A stretch of 64,000 nt of DNA from the human T2T-CHM13v2.0 reference genome, Homo sapiens, in the NCBI RefSeq assembly GCF_009914755.1, contig NC_060933.1; one strand, given 5' to 3'. The position numbers and the translations under genes are program-made. The notes beneath the pieces were generated by a model. It saw only the letters and a program-made list of their open reading frames with translations, did no database searches and was not told the origin of the DNA. This document shows, piece by piece, positions 56,556-64,000 of this stretch. Positions within the stretch are counted from its first letter, which is position 1, and every line of letters starts with the position of its first letter.

Positions 56556-56945
56556 GGGGCATTAGTGATACCCCTCTCAGAACTGTGCTAGAGTCTTAGT
56601 ACAGAAAGGAAAATCCATGGCATGTCCCTCAAAGTATAGCAATCTGACTGCTGGGTCTGCCATCCTCAGCCAGACAGCTGACTGTTTAAACGTCTGTCTT
56701 GCCCCATCCTCTAGATGATGCATTTGTTGGTCGTGATGGCTTCATCCACAAAGTGGCACTTACCTTTGATAAACACTGGGAACATTGAAGTTCATGTTGA
56801 ACAATGAACGTTGGGTCATTGAACAATGACCCCTGCTCTCAGAACTGCCCTGAAGTTTTGATACAGAAGGAAACTCCATGACATGTCCCTCAAACCACAG
56901 CAATCTGACTGCTGGGACTGCCATTCTCAGCCAGACAGTTGACCT
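56556..56945. repeat. ~130-bp direct duplication, period ~261 bp
   Basis: ctctcagaactg...acagaa(a)ggaaa.tccatg.catgtccctcaaa...agcaatctgactgctggg.ctgccat.ctcagccagacag.tgac occurs at ~56556-56683 and ~56813-56943. Confidence 0.85.
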
Positions 56946-58952
56946 ATTTTGTGAAGTGGATAAATGCAACCCAGCTGGCATTATCAACAATCTAGACTGA
57001 CTCTCCTCAGGCAGACCCCCTGAGTAGATGGAACCGGGAATTTTCAGGCTTACCAGCTGGCTGGGAGTCTATGCTGGAGCCACTGTCAACCTATGCTAAG
57101 TGGTATAGATCTCACTTTGGGTAAGGCAAAATAAACGCTGTGTCCAGGGATGCTCTGTTCCACATCACTGTAGCTTCTACTTAAGCTGTACATCAAGCTG
57201 GACATCAGTTTGCCTCTTTCCTAAAACAATTGACTTAGACCCTAGTGGTGGTCACAGGAGACCTGGAAGTGTTTAGGGAAACACTACCTGGGTCCTGACA
57301 GAGCAGCCCAGCCTAATTCACTGGCCAGGATTGTTATGGTTGTGACTCACCCTAGACCTCTTCCTTGTGTGCCAAGGTGCAGTCTGTGCAATTGCTAATA
57401 CATCTTGTTCCACCTGGGTTAATGCTTTGGGTTAATACAGAAACTTAAGGAGCAAGCTACTTGGCTTTCTAAGGTAGATGTGGATGATTTGAAATCTGTT
57501 CAGCTGGAACCCTGGGGGTTATAGCTAAGCTCAATATTGCAGGTTGGTCTAATTCTGGTGCTTAGAGTACAAACTAGAATTTTTGTCTTGGCTCATGTTG
57601 GCCATATTAGTCATACTGGTTGAATGGCATGCTCATGGAAAAAATCTGCCAGAAGCCAGGACCCTATAGAAACAAGAGAATGATGCTATTGCAGGGCGAT
57701 CCTCAAAGGCGTTTCTACATATCTTATGATGACTTATGTCCTGGACCAGCTTACTAAGGACTCTTGTATGGCAAACCAGCAGGGAGGGTAGAGATGCTGT
57801 CTCTCTGGGGCAGAGGACAGACTAGCTTCCTGACCAGAATAATAAAGATAACGGCTTACCACTGTCACTTGGCTGTCCAATAGTCACTTCAAACTTAACG
57901 TCTAAATCTGAACTCGATCTTTCCAAAAAAACTGCAACTCTTAGTTTTCAACTAATGTTCACTTTTTTCTGTTGCTTGGGCCAGAAATCTAACATGTCAT
58001 TCCTTCATTTTGAAATCCTGTTGGCTGTATCTCAATATATGCAGAAACTTGTCACTTCTCACCATCTCTATTCCCATGCTGGTGTCAGTCTAGGCCATCT
58101 CTGGTCTAGGCTTGCAGCAGAAGCAGGGCTTAAGTGCATTCCTGGCCCATCCATGCAGATGTCCCCTTTGCCCTGCTTCTCTCCTGGGCTGGAGGCTCTG
58201 CAGAGTGCTGTGCTGGAATTCTCTGCACTTCTTAGCTTTCCCTTCCCCTTGGCTGCTGCACTTCCAGCTTTCTCTGCTTTGCTAACTCAGCCCTAGCACA
58301 CCTGCTTGCCACCAGTCAAAATGGCATTCCTCCTCCTCTGCTGTTTCCCCTTTCACACTTTTTGTCTTTGAATGCTACTTCTGCCCCCTTGATTTCTACC
58401 CCCTCCCAACCTTTCAGTTCATGGGGTTTTAATGGGGTTTCAGGAGGGAGCACAGATAACCATATGCCCAACGTTCCATGTTTAACTGAGCACAAGAGGT
58501 AATTTCTTAAATATAACCAGCCTTACAGACCATATAGCTACCATATATCCCTCAAACCATAGGAATCTGATTGGTGGGTCCCTTAACATTAGCTCCAAAC
58601 AACATCTTATGTGTAAGTGTATTACTTCATAAGCTATGTCTTGAAAGTATTAGGGATATTGCTAGCATTGCTAGAATGTTAAGTTTTAAAATCGTTAAAT
58701 ACATTCGGCAGGTAGCCTGAGGAAATTTGGAACATTGCCTGGAAGATGGAGGTAATGTCACTAGTGCAGGGAATACCTAGGAATTGTTTAGATGTAAGAA
58801 CTCAATTTATTGGCAAACTTGTGCTTTGTCCTATTTGCACATCCTGATAATGTGTTTTCTGTAAGTTTTAATGTATTATTGAACACCAAGAGCATGATTT
58901 CCTACTACATGTAGTGTGTTGAAGTTGCATATTACAAAAAAGGGTCTCTATG

Positions 58953-59370
58953 TTAGGCACGATGGTTCATGCCTATAATCCTAGCTATTTGGGAGGCTGA
59001 GGTTGGCAGATTGCTTGAGGGCAGGAGTTTGAGACCAGCTTGGGCAACAAGGCAAGACCCGGTCTTTTAAAAAAAAAAAAAAAAAAAGCTGGCATGGTGG
59101 CACACATCTGTAATCGCAGCCCTTTGGGAGGTTGAGGCAGGCAGATCGCTTAAGTCCAGGAGTTCAAGACCAGCCTGGACAACATGGCAAAACCCTGTTT
59201 TTTTTTAAAAAAAAAAGTATACAAAAATTAGCTTGCCATGGTGGAGCATGCTTGTAGTTCTACTCTGGAGACTGAGGTGGGAAGGTGGCTTGAGCCCAGG
59301 GACTCGAGGCTGTGGTGAGCTATTATCATACAGCTATACTCCAGCCTGGGTGACAGAGTGAGACTCCATC
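58953..59370 (+). mobile_element. Three-arm Alu (left-left-right, J-type)
   Basis: Left arm with A-tract to 59087, second left arm 59088-59215, right arm to 59370. Confidence 0.85.
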
Positions 59371-60379
59371 CCTCCTGTACCCCCAAAAAGTCCCCACCCC
59401 TAACCCCCAGAAGTCCACTTTAATACAGTTCAATGTGTATGAACATGAAATAGCTAATACCTTTTCAAAACAGCTCCTTGCCTCATCTTAGGTCACTTTG
59501 TAACTTATAGCTAGTGCATTAAACAGAAATGTAGATGTTTGAGAGTGGAACAGTAGCTCCTAGATCTAAAAATTGTAGCACTTCTAAATTAACAAGCGAA
59601 AAAAGATCAGATCAGCCGCTCTAAGGAACAAAGTAAATTCAGCAAAAATAAATAGGACATACAAGTAGCTAAATGGAAGCTAGATGAATTTTGCCTATTA
59701 CCAAGTGGACTGTCAGCATGGATTAAAGAGCACAACTGTATTTTTAGATTAAGGGAAGGCAGAGATGAAAAAACAGGTGGGGTGATGTCATTGGACAAAT
59801 GGGAATTTAAGAAAGGTTGAGACTATTAAAGCAGGAACAGGACAAACTGGGATTTTATATACTGTAATCGTGACTTAAATTGGAAATATGGTAGTCAAAC
59901 TTGATCTACCTCTACCCAACTGTAAAAGCAAAAAAACCTCACAAAAAAAAAATGAAATTTGATAAGAACAATCTTAGTGGGGCTGTTGAAAATACCTCTT
60001 AACAATGACCAGACTATCTAGTAGGCAAAACAAAGTATATGAATAAAACAACTATGCAAAGAACATACTTTCTGCGGAATATGTAGGATATATATTCGTC
60101 CACTTAAAATTTTCAAGGGTCTTTTCTGATCAATAAAACTAGAAATGAAGTAAAGATAAATTCTTAGTTTGAATTGAGAAATTATGAGATTAGATACCTA
60201 GATTCAATAAGAAATCAAGATAAACCATAACAATGAAAAGGGAACATTTTGTACCAAAAATAATGGGACACAATTTACGCTGAAATCTGAGGGCATGTGT
60301 TTGCATATTTTTAAGACTGAAAAATGAGCTGGATGCTAATTTCAGTAGTTTGGTAAGAGGATGAGACACTTATAAGAAG

Positions 60380-60590
60380 TAATGTTTGTTGAACATATAC
60401 AAATGCCAGGCACGGTTTTACATGCAGTAGTCCTTCCAATGAATTAGGTGCTCTCATCCCATTTTACAGAGAAAACAGAGGCAGAAGAGGATTGGTCATT
60501 GTTCTAGATCACACAGCCTGACACTGACAAGGCTGGGATTCCAGTGTAGGGAACTTGGCTCCAAGCCCATGACCTTGACCACCATGCTAG
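60380..60590 (-). mobile_element. MIR
   Basis: tgccaggcac...catcccattttacagagaaaacagaggcag. Confidence 0.65.
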
Positions 60591-61289
60591 ACTTTTTCCT
60601 TCATGTTGAAGCTGAATGAACTAGAAAGAGCAAAGTTTGAAAGGACCTGGCTCTTTGGAAACTGAAATATATAAATCCCTGGTAAAGTTGATTCAGATAG
60701 CAGGAGAGTGAAAATATGATTGAGAACGAGAAAGGCAAACCAATAACATAATTAGAAGAGATTACAAAATACACAAGAACATTGGGTGTAACTCATTGGC
60801 AATGCGAAAACCTAAAGAATTTCACTTCCCTAGCAAAACATGAGTGTCCAAGATTGACTTCATGTACTTGGCGGGACAGGCTGTTATATTGTAACAACCT
60901 TGAAATTTCAGCGGCTTGACACCACGAAGATTTCTTTCACAGATTAAACTGGACAAATAGGAATTTATTTGTCCTATATGTTCTTCATAGGCTAGCTGAG
61001 GACTCTGGGCCTTAGGTCATTGTCCTCTAGGACCAGGCAGGTGGAGTGACCATTGTGAGCTGGTGATGTGGCAGAGGGTAGAATGGATAAATTGCATACT
61101 GGCTTTCAAAACTACTGCCGAGGAGTGACATCTATCACTTCTGCTACCAGCCAGACAAGTCACTTGGTGTCACACAACTTCAAGGGGATGGCATAGGGAG
61201 AGCAATTCTCCAGAATTGCTGGTTCCCCAGGGGGGAGCCAGAAATAAAGCCACAGAATGTTGTCTTAGTAGAACGTCTTCTAATTTTTA

Positions 61290-61769
<480 letters not shown>

Positions 61770-62170
61770 TAATACCCACATTATCACAGAATATTTGTAT
61801 CTCAATATTTTTTGGGCAGTTTGGGAAAAATTTGCTTACATTTAAAAACTTAGTGCAACATTTTAAACAATCTGTGGGGAAAGTTCATGTTACATTCCAT
61901 GTAAAGGTAGAACTTCAGAATCCTCAACAAAAGTGATAGGTGTCTCTGATGCACCAAGAAAAGCACCACAGGTTTACTGAATGCAAAGCAACTGTATTAA
62001 TTTTTGGTGATGAAGAAATAATGTTTTAAGCTTTTTATGTGCCAACATTACAGTTTGCTATTTTCATACAGGCACTTAATGTGTTTTACTTAGATTTTAG
62101 GAAATTGTTGGGAAGTTTTGGGTTCTCTGTAACACATTACAGTTTTTCCCTTTTAAAATACCAAGTGCAA

Positions 62171-62277
62171 GCCAGGCATGGTAGCTCAAGTCTGCAGTCC
62201 CAGCCACTTGGGAGGCTGAGGCAGGAGGATCATTTGAGCCCAGGAATTCGAGGCTAGCCTGGGCTAAAAATAAAAAT
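62171..62277 (+). mobile_element. Alu monomer (FLAM-like)
   Basis: Single arm. Confidence 0.8.
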
Positions 62278-62279
62278 AC

Positions 62280-62840
62280 CAAATGTTGAAGGAACTGGAA
62301 CTCTCCTACACTGCTGATGGAGATGTAAAATGGTACAACTCTACAAAAGTTTGTCAGGTTCTTAAAATGTTAAATATCTACTATATGACCCAGCTGTTCC
62401 ATTCCCAGAGAAAAATGAGAAATGTACATGACTGTTCATAATACCTTTATTTGTAATAGCCAAGAATGGGAAATAATCCAAATGTCTATCCGTGGGTGAA
62501 TGGATAAACAATTTGTGAGATATGCATACAATGGAACATTACTCAGCAATGAAAAGGAAGAATGGACTATTGACACACATGACTTCGGTGAATCTCGGGA
62601 TAATTATGCTGAGTGAAAGTAGTCAGACTCCCCCTGCCCAAAGGAAAAGAGTACACACTGATGATTGTGTTTATAGAAATCTCTAGAAAATGCAAACCAT
62701 AGTGACAGAAAGGGTTTGGGTGGCACTGCGGGAGGGTGAGATCACAAAGGAACATGGGAAAACTTGAGGGAAACAGATATTCTCACTGTTGACCGTGGTG
62801 ATGGTTTCAGGGGTCTATCCATATCAAAACTGTTCTGATG
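62280..62840 (+). mobile_element. L1M 3' region
   Basis: gaactggaactctc..cactgctgatgg..atgtaaaatggtacaac...tatgacccagc...gggtgaatggataaac. Confidence 0.8.
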
Positions 62841-63379
62841 TGAAGCAGGAAATGGCTATGTTTGGAAGGTAGAGCTAATGACACCTCACACTGCATTGAC
62901 TCACAGGCCTTGGAGATGCTGGGATGAGGCCCTGGGCTGTTACGGTGCATGCTCCCTTAATTCCTAAAGGCATTGAGGTTGGCCTCTACTGAAGCTGAGT
63001 GTAAGTGAAGGCTCCAAAATAATTCCAAGGCCAAGATTCTGGAGATACCTAGATGGGCCCTGGGCTCTGGCGGGAAAAGGGACTAAGAAATCCTTAGTTT
63101 CCAAACACTTTTTGGGGGATTGCCCTTAACCTGTGGGCAGCAGGGAGCAACAAACCACCCACTGGCTACAGGTTCTGCCAACAAAGGGCCGCTAGCAGCC
63201 CCTAATTCCAAGATGTGCAATCCCTACGAGCACCTGGATGAGACCAGAGAGGTCTGGGGCTCCCCAGCCAACCCCAAGATTCTAAAAACATCTGTACCAG
63301 CCCCTACCTTAGTGAGGCTGCTGTAGCCTCACCCTTCCCCAATCTCCCTACAGCCCTTTTGAGCTGCCTTCCCCCCCCA

Positions 63380-63720
63380 TGCTCCTCGGCGACCTGGCTT
63401 CTCAGATCTGCAGAGAATGGGAGGAAGCCAGCGTGATCCCCAGACCTTTTGGAAGAGGCCTCGGCCTGGGCTCCGGAGGACACCTGGCTCTTTCTGAACT
63501 GCGCCCGGGCGGCAGCGGCTGGCAGAGCCTGAGATGCGCGCAAACGGCCACCGGGGGCGCCAGGTATCTGCCCACTCGCAGGGTACCTCTCTCCTGCAGG
63601 TGAGACGAGCCAGAGCAGGGCGTTGGAGAGGCCCTGAGAGCCGGCCAAGGCATTCTCTAGGGCTCCTCTGGACACCGGGGCGTATCTGAAGGGACCAATC
63701 CACGATCCCCGCACCCAGTG
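63380..63720. promoter_or_regulatory. Small CpG-rich element (orphan CGI-like; possible promoter, enhancer or insulator)
   Basis: Local CpG enrichment, a TGCGCGCA palindrome (~63535-63542), a CCAAT (~63695) and the donor-like CAG|GTGAGA at 63599/63600. Confidence 0.5.
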
Positions 63721-64000
63721 GCCACCTCCCTCATCTCTAAGTTCTGAGGGGGAAAGGAAAGGGAGAGGAAAGGAGGCAAGGAGGGCGAGAAACTGAGTCA
63801 TAAGACTTTGGGAGACTCCTTCCAAGGTGTCCAAACCTTTGTTGGACTGCCCCGGGTACCCCCTCTACAGAGCACTGTATCTGGACTCCAGTCCTAGGGA
63901 TTCTAGTTACCATCCTTAACTGTTTTTCATCTTTGGCTGCAGTTTCAAATAACTGCTTTGAAAAGTCCTCATGCCCAGAACATTGGGAACTTACCCTCAT

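Noticed and set aside
63304-63834. 176-aa minus-strand ORF
   Set aside because: Non-ATG start, low-information GC-rich composition, no domain similarity.

Overview
This is primate DNA (Alu-rich, almost certainly human chr9q32). It carries the 5' three coding exons of SLC46A2 (TSCOT, an MFS/SLC46-family transporter) on the minus strand at 8127-6999, 4859-4776 and 4062-3906. The final exon lies to the left of the window. A CpG-island promoter covers exon 1. The other ~55 kb is upstream intergenic DNA made mostly of repeats: about 22 Alu elements, L1/L2/MIR fossils, hAT/Tigger DNA-transposon fossils (including a readable Charlie transposase remnant), two ERVL internal fossils with nested insertions, LTR8A/LTR16/MST/MER21/MLT LTRs and an ~830-bp (CCAT)n array. 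I found no convincing new protein-coding system; nearly all other ORFs in the track are repeat-derived or chance. The best leads are: (i) an ~580-bp orphan retro-insertion with AATAAA, an A-tail and target-site duplication inside an old L1; (ii) a compact kB/IRF/GAS/CEBP motif cluster at ~42.1-42.4 kb; (iii) inverted Alus flanking the in-frame 84-nt exon 2; (iv) a strong CTCF motif at 21.06 kb; (v) a 26-bp tandem duplication in the SLC46A2 5' leader; (vi) an orphan CpG-rich segment at ~63.4-63.7 kb. Repeat family names are from memory of consensus sequences, and repeat boundaries are approximate.
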